A stretch of DNA of 52,522 nucleotides, the filler included, from Streblomastix strix (lineage: Eukaryota), in the NCBI GenBank assembly GCA_008636045.1. It is 2 parts of 2 records of this genome, joined end to end, with 100 filler letters (N's around TTAATTAATTAA, not from the genome) between each part and the next. Parts side by side here need not be neighbours in the genome. Positions count along the whole stretch, not along the records: positions 1 to 26,226 come from SNRW01000175.1; 1 more part is not named here. One strand, 5' to 3'. Below, piece by piece: positions 12,292 through 26,326 of this stretch; positions within the stretch are counted from its first letter, which is position 1, and each line of letters starts with the position of its first letter. A program made the translations under genes and the position numbers. Below the pieces are notes generated by a model. It had not been told where the DNA came from. It made no database searches and saw nothing but the letters and a program-made list of their open reading frames with translations.

Positions 12292-15200
12292 ATGACTAAT
12301 AATCCAAGCGTAGAAATTAATGATAGCGGATAAGAAGAAGGAAAACCGGTTTGTCGATTAAATGAACATTTTTTTATAATAATTATTTATTTCCATTCAT
12401 ATTTATTAATCTGTACAGCACTCGTAAACATAGAGCTTCAATAGTGTAAGTGAAGTTAATAATCAACATGGATCAATACCGCAAGTAACACAAACAAATG
12501 ATTCACCCTCATAAATATACAAAGATATCGAATAGCAACAAACATAGCAGGATAATAAAACTGATAATGAAAACCCACCTGAAGCTGATAAATAGAATGA
12601 AGCAGGTAAATCCAGTGATGGATCTAAAACTAAGGAAGAAGGAATAACAAATTAGAAGGAGAAAGATAAAGAGAAAGAAGATGCCAAAGTAAATGAAAAA
12701 GAAAAAGATCAATAAAAAGAAAAACCTAAAGAAGATAAAGATAAAGAAAATGAAACTTGGGATGTTGTAGAGAAAGATGAAGCCAAAGAACAGGAGAAAG
12801 CAAATGAACTCTTGAAACAGCAGTAAGAGATAGATAAATAGAAAAAAAAAGATAGAAGGAAAGATAAAGACAAAGACAAAGAAATTCAGAAATAGAAAGA
12901 AATTGAAGCTGAGAAAGAAAAAGAAAAAGAAAAATTGTAGTAATTGGAGAAGGAAAAGGAATTGAAGAAATAAAAAGAAAAAGAACGAGAGAAAGAAAGA
13001 TAAAAAAGAAAAGAAAAAGAAAAAGAAAAAGAAAAAGAATTATAATAGAAGAAAGATAAAGAAAAAGAAAAAGAAAATATAAAAGCTAATGATAAACAAA
13101 ATGATAAAGCGAATGCAAAAGAATCTGATAAAGATAAAGTTTAGGATAAAAAGAAAGAGAAAGAGAAAGATCCTAAAAAGGAGAATTAGAAGGAAAAAGA
13201 ACAAGAAAAAGAAAAAGAAAAAGAAAAGAAAAAAGATGAAAAGAAGAAGAATGAAAAAGATCAATAAAAAGATAAAGTTCAGAAGAAGGATGATAAATAA
13301 GATACAAAGGATAGTAAATCTCAGAAGAAGGAAGATAATAAAGATGCTGATAAAGAGAAATTAAAGGAATAAGAAAGAATAAAAGAATAAGAGAAATTGA
13401 AAGAATAGGAAAGAATAAAAGAATAAGAAAGGTTAAAAGAACAAGAAAGAATAAGAGTATAAGAATAAATAAAAGAACAAGAAAGATTGAAAGCTAAAGA
13501 AGCTCTTAAGGAGAAGAATCGACTCGAGAAAGAGAAGGAAAAATAAAGATGGTCATAAAGTGCAGGAACTAAAAGCATATCATTTGATAAAGTGAAGGAA
13601 AATGAAAAAGAGAAAGAAAAATAGAAAGAAAAAGATTCTTCCAGAATTGGGAATACATCGACATAAACAGCTTCATCATCATATATATCAGGTTCAGGTT
13701 CAAGTGCAAATTAAAATGCTTTCAGCCAGGTCAGAACGACAACAATTTTCGCAAAAGATCAGCTCAAATTCTCTGGTGATCACAGGAGGAAATCATCTGC
13801 AAGTGTTCGTATATAGCCAGCATAGATATAGACTACTCCACAAAGCACAACTTCTTCATCTTCATAATACAAACTAAAATCTCCTCCATTAGTTTCTCCA
13901 AGGATTAACTAATAAAGTTCACTGAATTCATCAAGAAGCTCCAGATCAATAACAAATCAATCCCAAACTTCTACATCTAATATTCTATCTCCCAAAACCT
14001 CTCAACCAACATCCAACGCTCCTAGAAGCATACATATGGCTAATGCTTCATACAGTCTGAATAACACAACTAAAGGAGCTGATAAATAGTCTTTCACTAT
14101 AACTGCATTGGCTAATCAACCTCAGAGATCAACTGAGAAACCTGTTTTCACGCTCAATAACTCACCAGTTAAAATCGCATAAAAACTGTCAGCATCTACA
14201 AATACACTAGACAAATCACAGCTATCAACTACAACAGACAAACAACAACAACAACAACAACAAGTGCATCAAACCCCAGCGAACAAATATGCAGTAGCCG
14301 CTCTTCCTAATGTAATCCAAGTTCCCTCAACAGATCAAAGCCTTATTAGACCGCATGCTCATCATCACCACCACCACCATCACAGACACAACAAAGGAGA
14401 ACCTGAATCGGTTGTTGACCAATACAACGAACTTCCCTTTAGAAGCAAATCGACTGTGCCAAAAGTGCAGGTGGCATAAATAATGGTCAAATCTCCATAA
14501 GGAGGAATTGGTGGTCCAGCTGCAGCTAAAGGTCCTGGAGTAAGAGTTCCGAAATAAAGAGCACAATCAATGCCACGAGTTGAAGATCTGAATTACGAGG
14601 TCGTGCAGCAGCAGAACTTAGCTGAAGGGTATATAGTCAGGCTGAACTAGATGAAGCTTGAATTGAACAGGGACCGTGTTACTAAAGAGAGAATCAACAG
14701 CTACATGACACCAGAAGTGCTGAAAGAACTAAAAGAGATGCTTATATGGTCGAACCAGACGAGAAGGACACAGGATCTGAAGATTGTGTAGCTCAGAGCA
14801 TGCTAGATCATAGAATCTATAGTTGTTGACAACAAAGGGATAGTCGATAGGGTCATCAAATCTGGAATAGTCGAGGAGATCCTTGCAACAATTAACACAG
14901 TTCTTCTGTCGCACATCCAGCATGTTAACTTATTCCTACTCCACGAGTTCTTCGAAGTATGCTCAGATGAACAGAAGCTGATCTACATCGGAAAAGGCTT
15001 CATACCAGCCATGAGACGTATATTAGATTCCCAAGATGAGCTGTGTGTTCTGATGGCTGTATGGATGATTGAACGTCTTTTGTGTGCATCCTTCCTGCAG
15101 ACACCAATCGGTGCTATCAACGAAGCTCGCAGGATCATCGAGAACGATGGGACACTTGAGAAGTTGGTCATTGTGCTCCAGAATGACGAGTATGGGGATC

Positions 15201-15725
15201 AGGAGATCAACAGAAAAGCAGCGATGGCCATCGGATAGGCTTTCAAAGCAGCTCCAATACCGGCTGATTTCAGGAATGAGGTTATTGTGCTCATTAAGAA
15301 GATCACAAATAGCGATGATGAGGATGTGTGTGGAGATGCCATACGTGTTCTGGCTGGATTAGCTGAGTGCTAAGGTTACTTATATATATATTATAAATGG
15401 ATGATATATCATTAATTATTTTTTTATTTATTATATTATATTATTATATATTATATATAATATATTCCCACTAGAAAATCATGTCATAATCTTGTCAGCT
15501 AACTATCAGTAGGACATCAAGAACCAGCTGACGCACAACCACGACCTGATTGTTGAGTACTCACTCCAACTTGTGCTGAACATCCTCACACACGGCCTGA
15601 AGGAGACCATTGATCTCGCAAGGGCCGTTTTGCCCATACCGCGCATAGCAGAGCTGACGAAGAGCGCAACGCAGGCAATCGCAGACAACGCCAAAGCTAT
15701 TATCAAGAAGCTGGAGTAGCCGTGA
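12292..15725 (+). CDS. Hypothetical protein: K/E-rich coiled coil, S/T-rich region, poly-His, C-terminal ARM-like repeats; introns ~12349-12418 and ~15375-15474
   Basis: MTNNPSVEIND...; continuous frame with TAR=Gln; ARM-like AAMAIGQAFKAAPIP and LAGLAECQ/ENH; ends KKLEQP-TGA. Confidence 0.75.
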
Positions 15726-16254
15726 TATTACTAGTTATGAAATCCTCCCTTAAAATAACTCACCTGAACGGTACTTCTTATCATGTTTGTAAGATATTTT
15801 CTTATTTTTTATGGTCACCTTTCACCATCTCGATAGTACACATATCACTTTAAACAAAACTAATTACAGAGTAACACAACTAAGTTAAAATAAATATATT
15901 TAATTAAATTTATTAAATTAATAGATTGTAAGAATTTATTTCTGAGAAAAATATTTCTAATAAATTATATAAGTGCATATTAACAACTCGTGACTTCTAA
16001 CCAACCTCGGTAAAAAATAGATATTTTTCTAAGTCCAAGCATCCAAACTTAGATGCAGATAAATAAATGTTATCTGCATATATAATACATAACTACATCA
16101 CTATAAAAAACAGTTTTTTATTATTTCAACTCCAGAACAAATCGCCGAAATTTTTTAGTTTTAAATTGCCTTTTGCTCATTTTCTGAACTATACTTTATC
16201 ATTGAAATTATCAATTTATTATTGTTTATATTGCAGAATTTCGATTGAACTAAA

Positions 16255-17465
16255 ATGGAGTAGAAAACTATTCAGGAGCTGGAAGAATAATTAAAGAAGA
16301 AAGATAAGGAATTGCAACATGAACGAGAGGAATTCAAAAAGAAAGAGCAGAAAAAGGATAAAAGATTGCATGACCTTGCTGAGAAAGAGTTTATAAAAAG
16401 CAATAAAATTGTCGAGCTCGAACACCAGATTGCAATTATAAAACAAAGACCAGATGGCATTTCTCTGGACCCAGCTAAGCTCGAAGAAGCTGCACGGCTT
16501 GAAATAATACGTGAACAGACCGCGTCAAAGCCAAAACTCGACTCCTTCCAACAAGCGTCAATCAAATTAATAGCTGACAGCATTCCATTCTAAATCAATG
16601 TTCCAGCTGGAGACTACATTAAGAAAGATGGTGAGTTTACTTATACATCGACAGACTTCAATGCGAAGACTTTCCCAATAAGCCCAGCAATTACGAAGGG
16701 AATATACAGGTTCGAGACGAAGATTAACAAGCGTGGGGACGTCGGTTTGATTATTTTATTATTATTTTGTTTAATTAATTAAATTATTATTTTTATTATA
16801 ATCATTTAATTATTTATTCTATTTATCCAGGCGTTGGAGTCATGAAATCTGGTCTGAATATTCCATTTGGTGATTGGCCTGGTGGAAAACCTTGTATGAT
16901 TTATTAATACTGTACAAATAATAATAAAAATAATTGTTTTTATTTATTTTTTTTATTTCTTTATCATTCATTTACTCAGAAAACTAGGACTGCATGATCT
17001 TCTACTTCAAGTACGTACATTCAATCTAATTTTTTAATCCTTTATTTATTAATTCTTTATTTATTTATTTTATTACCAATAAAGTGGCTATGTGTATCAA
17101 TGTGGAATTGGATCATAAGGAAATGCGAGGTTCTTAGACAACAGTAATGTGACAATCGAGTTAAACATGGATTCCAGACCCAGAACTGCGCATCTGTTTT
17201 TGCGTGGGATACTCCAGAAGTTATACATATCAGATCTGCCTGAGTCAGTTCAGTTATACGTATGAACTCTATTTATACTAAATGAATTATATATATTATA
17301 TTATATATATTATATAATACTATATTATATTATTTATAAAATAACATATAATATCAGTTCTACATCAACTTCAAAGATGATTCCATTAGTGCGCTCTCAT
17401 TGAAGCAACTCGCTGCTCCAACAACAGTGAAGGTTTCAGGTGCAAAAGAAGTCAAATGGATTTGA
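16255..17465 (+). CDS. Coiled-coil plus SPRY/B30.2-like beta-sandwich protein, multi-exon
   Basis: MEQKTIQELEEQLKKK...TFPISPAITKGIYRFE...GNARFLDNSNVTIELNMDSRPRTAHLF...LPESVQ...AKEVKWI-TGA; about five GT-AG introns. Confidence 0.65.
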
Positions 17466-17897
17466 AGGTCAAATTGAAAAGATTGATTCATATTAACATA
17501 TTTGTTACTATTAATTATTTAAATATAACATTAAATTGAATCAATTCTTATTAATTAGCAAATAACTATATTTACGATAGAGATGCATTGTAATTGTTTA
17601 AACACTATTTTAACTCGTTATTTCTAATATAATTGTATTTAATTAATCAATAGTTTAATATTTTCACTTAGGTTTTTAATTAATAAATAAATTATTCCAT
17701 TATTTTAAAGAATAATTAGTTTGTATTTTTTATCTTTTATTAGTGTTAAAGTATGCAGTTACCCACCGAGTTTGAAATTAAATGACGTGACTTATCAGAT
17801 TAAAATAAAAAAATTGTAAAAACTCAAGTATTTATGTTCAAATTTTCAATCTGAACATAATCCCACTAATTTTCTTTATCATTTATCTTAATCATTT

Positions 17898-20800
17898 TCA
17901 CTATTAGCCATCTCCATTATTTTCTTGAAGTTCTTATGAAAGCTTCAAAGCAAGAGCAAACTATTCATCTTCATCCTAATCTTCTCCCTATGAAATATTA
18001 GACTCGGATTCTTACTCACATTTGTTAATGCTTTCTTTTCCTTATTTGGTTTATATTTCTTATTCTTATTCTTGTTCTAATTCTTTTTCTTCACCAATGT
18101 CTTTTTTTATTTCTTGATCAATTTGATTGAATAATTATTAGGCAATTATCCAATTTTCCTGAAATAATTCTTTCTTATTTATTTTCCCTTTTGCGTTTCC
18201 TTATATTTTGTTTCTTATTTCTCTTATTGTTTGCTATAATTATTCAATTGCATTGTCAATACTATCATTTCTTAGTTTAGTCTCTTTTTCTTTCTTTTAT
18301 TTTAATTCTTATTCTTTCAATAATTCTTTCTCTTATTCTTATTATTTCAATTTCTGCTTTTCAATTTCATTTTCATTTACTATATCTTTTGAAGTACTTA
18401 ATTCTTTCTATTGATCAATATCCTTCTTTATCTTCATATCATCTTTCTTCTGATTTTCAGTCTCATTCATTTGAATTTTATCCTTTTCTTTTTCTTATTA
18501 TATATTTTTCTATTAGACTTTTTCTTTTTCTTTTTCTTTCTCTTATTATAATTAATTTTAACCACTCCTTTTATCTTTTTATTAATCTGGTTGTATTGAT
18601 ATCTTTGATAAAGCTTCCATAAGTTTATTATTCATAATCTCTTTATCAATGATTTGCATTTATTAATGAATCTTAGATTTTGGAATGTCTTTAATTTTAT
18701 TCCATTCTCCTCTATTGTAGTAATCAATAAATTACAACAATTATCCAGCAACAGTTTGTGTTTTCTTATGACTTCTGCTTTTGAGTGCTTGAATTTTATT
18801 TAATGATATTTCTTTTATAATTAATTTCCTTGTTTCATCACTTCCTATACAGAACAGATTACAAAGAAGAATTATTGCACTATTATTATAATCAGGAAGA
18901 TTATCATTGATAAGTAAGAAATCATTAACTAATTTCAGAGTGTTATTCTCCAATAAAATCTGATGGTTATTAATATTTTCAGAGAGATCTGAGAAGATTT
19001 GATGTTTTACATGTGAATAAAAAAGATTTGGGAGTTTTGAATAATCTTTGATCATATTCACAATTCCAGGGCCAAATTCAGAAGGAAGTGGAGTTGCTTT
19101 GAAAAGATGGCCAACTATGCAAGCTGCATAATAATTGATGTACTTGTCTTGATATTGATTGTACTGGAATATTTCTATCAATTTGTTCAATTATCCTTCA
19201 TTTTGCATCTGTTCTCTGAAAGGATGTGGTAATTCGAGTTCTGATGAATTGCCAAATGTTGTTACAATCTCATATACAAAAAGAAGCTAATTAATCAAGA
19301 TTTATTATACTTCAGGATCCAGAAATTTGTTCATCAGTTTAATAAACTACTGTTGAAGTTGGTTATTGTTTTTAAGTACTGAATCTAAATTGATGAATAA
19401 AGCCATCACTTTGACAAATAAGAAATTGACTCTTTTTGGAGGAATTGTGCTCAAAATATTCAGAATAAGATCGATTATTCCAAGCTGTTTTGCTTTGTTG
19501 CAATTATTAGGAGTTTTTTCAACATTTCTTATGAGATTAACTAAGATTATATCAATCTGCAACTGAGATAAGTTATCAAATTAATTTAATTTCCCTTTTA
19601 TTTCCTCCAAACTCAATCTAACCTAAAGCAAATCCCTTTCATATTGCAACTATTCTTCTGTTTCTATGTATGATAATGAAGCTTAATTTGATTTCTAACT
19701 ATTAATATAATAAGAGTATGGATCATAGAGAGTTTATGAAGATGATGAACTCTGTAATTGTTAATCAGATTATAGTTCTGTTTATGATTAAGATGATGAA
19801 TTTGGCAAAGAAATTTATATTATTGGTGATGGTTATTATTCAGAACTTGAAGAATAAATTTGTTCTTATGGTTATAATCCATCTTATTTTTCCTTAGAAT
19901 TCTATTCTTATTTGACTTCAACTTAATCAGAAGTGTTTTTAATATAATATTTCTATGATATTTATTGTTTCTAAGACGATTAATTAAATGATTGTGGTTC
20001 AAATTAAGATACTGAAGGTGAATCTTCATATGGATTATCATATACTGAATCATATACCTGTTATTTTTATTCTTCTTCTTCCTCTTATTATTACTACTAT
20101 TCCTCTTAATCTTACAATTATTGAGGTTATGTTTATTATTAACTTTATTGATTAATCTCATTGTTTTCATTATCATCTTGATGTGAGATCTTCTAATTAA
20201 TTACTTCTTCTTGTTGTTGTTTAATTTATTATCCATCTAAATCTTACTAAACGTTCCCTTTCTCAATTTACTGATGTTTTTATTATTCTTCAATATAACT
20301 CAGTAAGAAATTCTTTATTACAGATTCAGGCACAATGAATGTTGGTTCTTTTTCGTATTCAGGAACATTCTTCATAAATTATAACTCTGCTATAAATGCT
20401 TATGATGCAAGATCTTATTGTTCTTTAGAAACATCAGATTAAGATTACGGCGATGTGAAATATGGATGTCTAAGTGCTTAATCTGCTGTTATTCTTTTAT
20501 CAGGATCAAACTCCAATAATTTTGATAGAAGATCCCAAAGAACGTCATCTTTGATTTCTGATGGTCTTTCTATGCATTTCATCTGTTTGATGCTCCTGTT
20601 ATTGAATAAAATATTAAATTAATTAATAAAAAAATTTTATTAAATTAATTAATTAAAATAAAATGTTTATTACATAAAATAATATTTCACACTTTTGATA
20701 TTCATCAAGATTTGGCTAAACAACTGGATATTGGTGAGCAATCAGAAGATAGAATGTCACACCAATGGAATAAATATCAATTTTCTACGTTTATCTAACA

Positions 20801-21928
20801 GGGATCTAAAACAGCTCCGGAGCCTGAAAAAAATGTGTATTAATTGAAATATAATTAATTATATTAATTAATTATATTTATTTATTAAATAAGTAATTTT
20901 ATTCAAGAATACCTTATATAAAGGAGTCCTATATTATTTAATAGAAAAAAATAGTTATGAATTTAAATAAATATAAAATTTATGATCAAACCCAGCAATT
21001 TATGTCAATTCACTAATCATATCGATTTTTCTTGATTGTCCGAAGTCTGAAATTTTCACATAGACTCTTCCTGAATCAGGCGGACTGTGTAGGAGGATGT
21101 TTTCACATTTAATGTCTCTGCAATAGTAATAAATATTTTATTAATTGTTAAATTGAAATATCTGAATAAATGAATAAACCTGTGAATCATCCCAGCTGCA
21201 TGAAATACACTTATTCCTTCAACTATATGGGAAAGAATATAGTATTTAAGAAAGAAATAATTTTTCATACGAATTTACCTCATTAAGGCACGAAGAGTTG
21301 ATGTGGGAAGAGGAATATGAGGTTATTTTGCAACAATATCCAGTGTCTGAAATAGTTAATAATAATAAAATTATTTACAATATTAATAATAAGTGAAGGC
21401 AAACTTTCATGTTAGCGAATTCCATGCAAAGAATTGGGTAAATACTTTCATCGTTATATTGCAAATATCTAAGAAGAAAAATGGAGTTGAGATCTGTCCT
21501 GTTTATAAAAAAAATAATAATTTATTAATTATAATTGTAAGAAAATTTTATCAAACTTTGTTATATCTGCAGCCTCTAACTATTTTCGATCATATGTTCC
21601 CTACTTAAACATCTTCACAGCAATAATTTATTTGTCAAGGGTATATGTAAGATAAACGCTTCAATAAAAATAATTATGTGAAAAGTAAAATTTTATAAAA
21701 ATTGAGATTTATGTACCATCCTAAATCACTTTTTCCTAATTGTAGGCATAGTAAAAATTATGAGTAATTAATTATTAAATATTAATAAGTAATGTATACC
21801 TAGCAGGCGGATTGGCTGAGTTTTAAGTAATAAAAGCAAAATAAAAACAACTCGAAAATTAAAACGTATTGAATGAATAAAAAGTATACAATTATATCCC
21901 AACGACGAAGAATGTCCTCATACTCCAT
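17898..21928 (-). CDS. Multi-exon Ser/Thr protein kinase with Q-rich linker, ARM-like region, coiled coil and C-terminal UIM-like motif
   Basis: MEYEDILRRWD...IHR/DIKCENILLHSPPDSGRVYVKISDFG...APE...[26 protein letters not shown]; ends DEDEQFALALKLSQELQENNGDGQQ-TGA. Confidence 0.85.
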
Positions 21929-22774
21929 TCTAACAATTAAGTTGTTAAATGTCAATAGTAACTATAGAAAAAAACGAGAGAATAAAAAAAAAATTTTACT
22001 TTTTCTTTAAAAAAGTTAAGGAAATAGGATAATTTTAAAATCAATAAAATTACTAGTTGAATTTAATTTATTTATTTCAATAGTTAGGAGCTGGATTTAG
22101 AGTTATCAATATGCTTTAAAAAATTTTATTTATAACTTAGTCATTTTTTAATCATATAATGTAATAAACTGTGCATGGAATATATATAATATTTATTAAT
22201 TCAAAATATATCAATATAAATTTCAATTCACCTCTAAACGCCATTTACAAAATTATCTAATTTAAACTTCATTTCTAGCAAGAAGTCTACTAATAAACAG
22301 CTTAAATATAAATCAAACAATTTTTAAATGCTTAATAATATAAGTTATAACTATTTTATATATATTTATATACTCAATAATGTTAAATTTTTATTGTTTT
22401 TATTTAAAATTTATAAATAATCCTGTTTTCTTCATTAATTTATGTTTGATACTCATTGTAGTTTAATTTTTTTTGCATTTTGAATTATATTTAGGTTTAT
22501 TAACTTTGAAATACCCAATTCTATTTATTAGCCTACATAATTTCTAAAATATTTCATTTTTTTCATTATTAAATTTTTCCTTTTAATCTATCAAATAAAA
22601 CATGATTATTATACAAAACTTAAATAGATTCAACCAAAAATATGCATTTTCACCCACTAGCTTATCCTATCAGTTTTAATTAACAACATACTATCGAATT
22701 TATATATCTACGCTGTTTTATTTCTTTTTTCATAAATTATTTACATTTACTCTTTTTCGCTAATTTTTGTAGTT

Positions 22775-25700
22775 ATGACATCGCTTGCTGTTTTCATCGC
22801 TTTTGCTGTTCTGTGCTGTGGTGTTCAAGCCTAGACTGACTCAATTACTTCCGAGGATATACTTAGATCTAATTTCGACAATATTACTGATAATGAAAGC
22901 ACACTTTAAATCTTAGCTAATTTCTCTGTTTCAAATCAACTATCATACCTGAATCTTACAGGAACTATCACATTGTTAAGTGTAAGTTCATACACAATCA
23001 CAAGTTAAGTATTTATAGGTCCAATGTTTGTATTAGGTGGAATTGACCTCAATCTGAATCTTAATGTTAATCTCAATGACAGTTCAGGTCAGGGTCTGAT
23101 TAGCTTCTCTGGAAATTAACTGACAATCAATAATGGATCTTACTCAGGACATTCGTATTCATCTTACAATTATCTGTTCACAGTATCAAATACTACAGTG
23201 AATATTAATTCTGGAAAATTTACAGCTTCAAGAATTCTAAATGTGAGTAGTGAAACATTAAACATTACTGGAGGTACATTCGCTGGTATAGATTCTAAAT
23301 AAGCATTGAAAATAAAGTCTGGCACAGCATCAACTATAGGGAATCGTGCATCATGCATTCTAAATATGAATAATGGAACATTATACATAATTGAAGGTAC
23401 ATTTATTGGATCTGATATTGATTATGTTATGATGACAACGTCAGATACAGAAATCATAATTGGAAGCAATAATTCAAATAATTCACCAACATTCAAAGGT
23501 ATAAAGATATTAGAAGTATCAAATACAAATCCTAATACAACATTTACAATTCTCCAGAGCACTTTCTAATCTACAACTAAATCAGAATCAAACGGAGTAT
23601 AGATTGTGATTAATAATGCTACATCTACATTTGGAACAAACTCTTATTTTCCAATTTTCATTGATCTGAAACTCTTATAAATCAGCGGAGGTTCATTGAA
23701 TATTGTGGGCGGAAACATTTCAGGATTAAAACATTCTGGTTTATAAATTATCATATCCGAATCTGCAAATGTTACCATTGGAGAATAAAACACAACAAAT
23801 GCAACATTCTCCAATTTTAACACAATTAATGTTGATAATAGTTAATTAAATATATTCAGTGGGGAGATATCTACTTTGGATCTTTATGATATTCTGATCA
23901 CTTCATCAAACTCTATTGTAACAATTGGAGATCCATCTTCATAAACACAAACATTGATTTTAAAAGCTTCTAAGATTTTGAATATGATTAATGGAACATT
24001 GAACATAATTGAAGGTACATTTATTGGATCTGATATTGATTATGTTATGATGACAACATCAGATACAGAAATCATAATTGGAAGCAATAATTCAAATAAT
24101 TCACCAACATTCAAAGGTATAAAGATATTAGAAGTATCAAATACAAATCCTAATACAACATTTACAATTCTCCAGAGTACTTTTTAATCTTCAGTTAATT
24201 CATTTTTTGAGGAGATTGGTGTATAGCTGATAATTAATAACGCTACTTCAGTAATTGGAACAAACGAATCATATCCAACTTTTACTGATCTAGAACTCCT
24301 ATAATTCAGTGGAGGTACATCAAGTGTCGATTATGGTTAAATTACTGGAAATAGAGGTATGTCATGTTATCTTAAAGCAACGAATTCATCAGTAGTTACA
24401 ATTGGTGCAGACATCAGTAATCCTTCTTTCAGATATATAGACTTTTAAGCTGTTGGTGGACATATAATTTTTAAAGGCGGAGATGTTTCAAAAGAATTTA
24501 TGTTTGGCTTCAGAATCTTATCAGAAGAATCGGGCATTATTACAATTGAGAACAGCATCTCAGATCCAACTTTCACATATTTTGATATAATCTTTTGTGA
24601 AGGTAACAGCACTCTGAATATATTTGCTGGGTTTACTTGCGTTCCTGATGGCCATTTTAGCCACCACATTGTAACAATTAACTCTACTGTAGTAATTGGG
24701 AGAAATTCTTCTAATAATGAGTTGAATATCAAATCTAGATTGTTTCTGAAAATGGATTCTGGGGTCTTGAATATAGTCAGTGGTAATATAATAGGGACCA
24801 ATAACGACTTTGAATTGATAAGAACTTCTGACACACTTATAAACATAGTAGAAGGATCAACTGCTACTATCAATGGTTCTAAAGTTTTTGAAATTACAGA
24901 AGGGATAGTAAATATATAAGGTGGTATTTTTATTGGTTCTAATGTTTTTAATATCACAAAAGGGACATTGAATATATAAGGAGGTACTTTTATATAGAAT
25001 AGTATAAAGCATGCAGTAATTACGACGAGTGAAGCTGTTGTAACATTTGGTGAAAACTCAACATCAATATTTGTATCTGCTTGGGCACTTGATATCATAT
25101 AAAGTAATCTAAGTATTTTCGGAGGAAACTTCACTGGTATAAATTCTAAATAAGCTTTAATTTCAACGTCAAACACATCTTTAATCATTGGTAGTGAAGC
25201 TTCATTCGATACTTCATAGATTCTGGATACAAATAAAGGGTAATTGAACATAACTGGAGGATTGTTTACTGGTTCTTCATAAGGTACTATGATTAAAACT
25301 TCAGATACAGAAATCATAATTGGAAGCAATAATTCAAGTAATTCACCAACATTCAAAGGTATAAAGATATTAGAAGTATCAAATACAAATCCTAATACAA
25401 CATTTACAATTCTCCAGAGCACATTCTAATCTACAACTAAATCAGATTCAAACGGTGTACAGATCATAATTAATAATGCTGCAACAGTAATTGGAAAAAA
25501 TGAATCATATCCAACTTTTATTGATCTAGAACTCCTATAATTCAGTGGAGGCTCTTCAAATATCGATTGTGGTTATTTCACTGGCATTTAAAGAGAATCA
25601 GTATATGGATAAATCAAAGCTACAGATCCATCTGAAGTTACAATTAGTGAAGACAATGAAAATCGCTCTTTCTTGTATGTAGACTTTAATTCTGTAGGAG

Positions 25701-26226
25701 GACATATGATTTTTAAAGGTGGAAATCTTTCAAGAGATGAAACTAGAAAGTTCTTTATATTAGCATCAGAATCAGGTATTATTACTATTGAGAACATAAT
25801 TTCAAACCCAACCTTCACAAACATTGAATCTATCATATGTAACGATAAAAGTACTCTGAACATATTTACTGGATTTACCTACTCGCCCGAAAATACTTCA
25901 AAAGCACTCATATAGACAAATAACTCTACTGTAGTAATAGGGAGAGTTTCTCAGTAATAAAATTACACATTTCGAAGGATTTTGAATATGACTTATGGAG
26001 CATTGCATATTGTCAGTGGCAATTTAATAGGGATTGATCCAAACACAACACTGATAGCCACATATGGTACACATATAATCATACGAGAAGGATCTACTGC
26101 TAATTTCACAACTTCTAGAATTTTTGATATCACAGAAGGGACAATGAATATTTTAGGGGGCATTTTTACTGGTTCTAATGTTTTAAATATCACAAAAGGA
26201 ACATTGAATATATATGGAGGTACTTT
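22775..26226 (+). CDS. Secreted or surface protein with internal beta-rich repeats (beta-helix-like); 3' end lost in the gap
   Basis: Signal peptide [19 protein letters not shown]; no intron seen over >1100 codons; repeated GTLNIxGGxFxG motifs; many NxS/T sites. Confidence 0.75.
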
Positions 26227-26326
26227 NNNNNNNNNNNNNNNNNNNNNNNNNNNNNNNNNNNNNNNNNNNNTTAATTAATTAANNNNNNNNNNNNNNNNNN
26301 NNNNNNNNNNNNNNNNNNNNNNNNNN
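26227..26326. other. Artificial scaffold linker (N-run with TTAATTAATTAA at 26271-26282)
   Basis: 100-nt spacer containing a six-frame standard-code stop cassette; not biological sequence. Confidence 0.95.

Noticed and set aside
12509..13877. Phe-rich and Lys/Arg-rich ORFs in the track
   Set aside because: Off-frame or antisense readings of the K/E-rich exon; artefacts of using the standard code
24445..25422. 325-aa minus-strand ORF in the track
   Set aside because: Antisense shadow of the plus-strand secreted protein
4326..26226. Host genes as pseudogenes because of many TAA/TAG codons
   Set aside because: TAR codons cluster in Gln-rich tracts and frames close at TGA, consistent with reassignment
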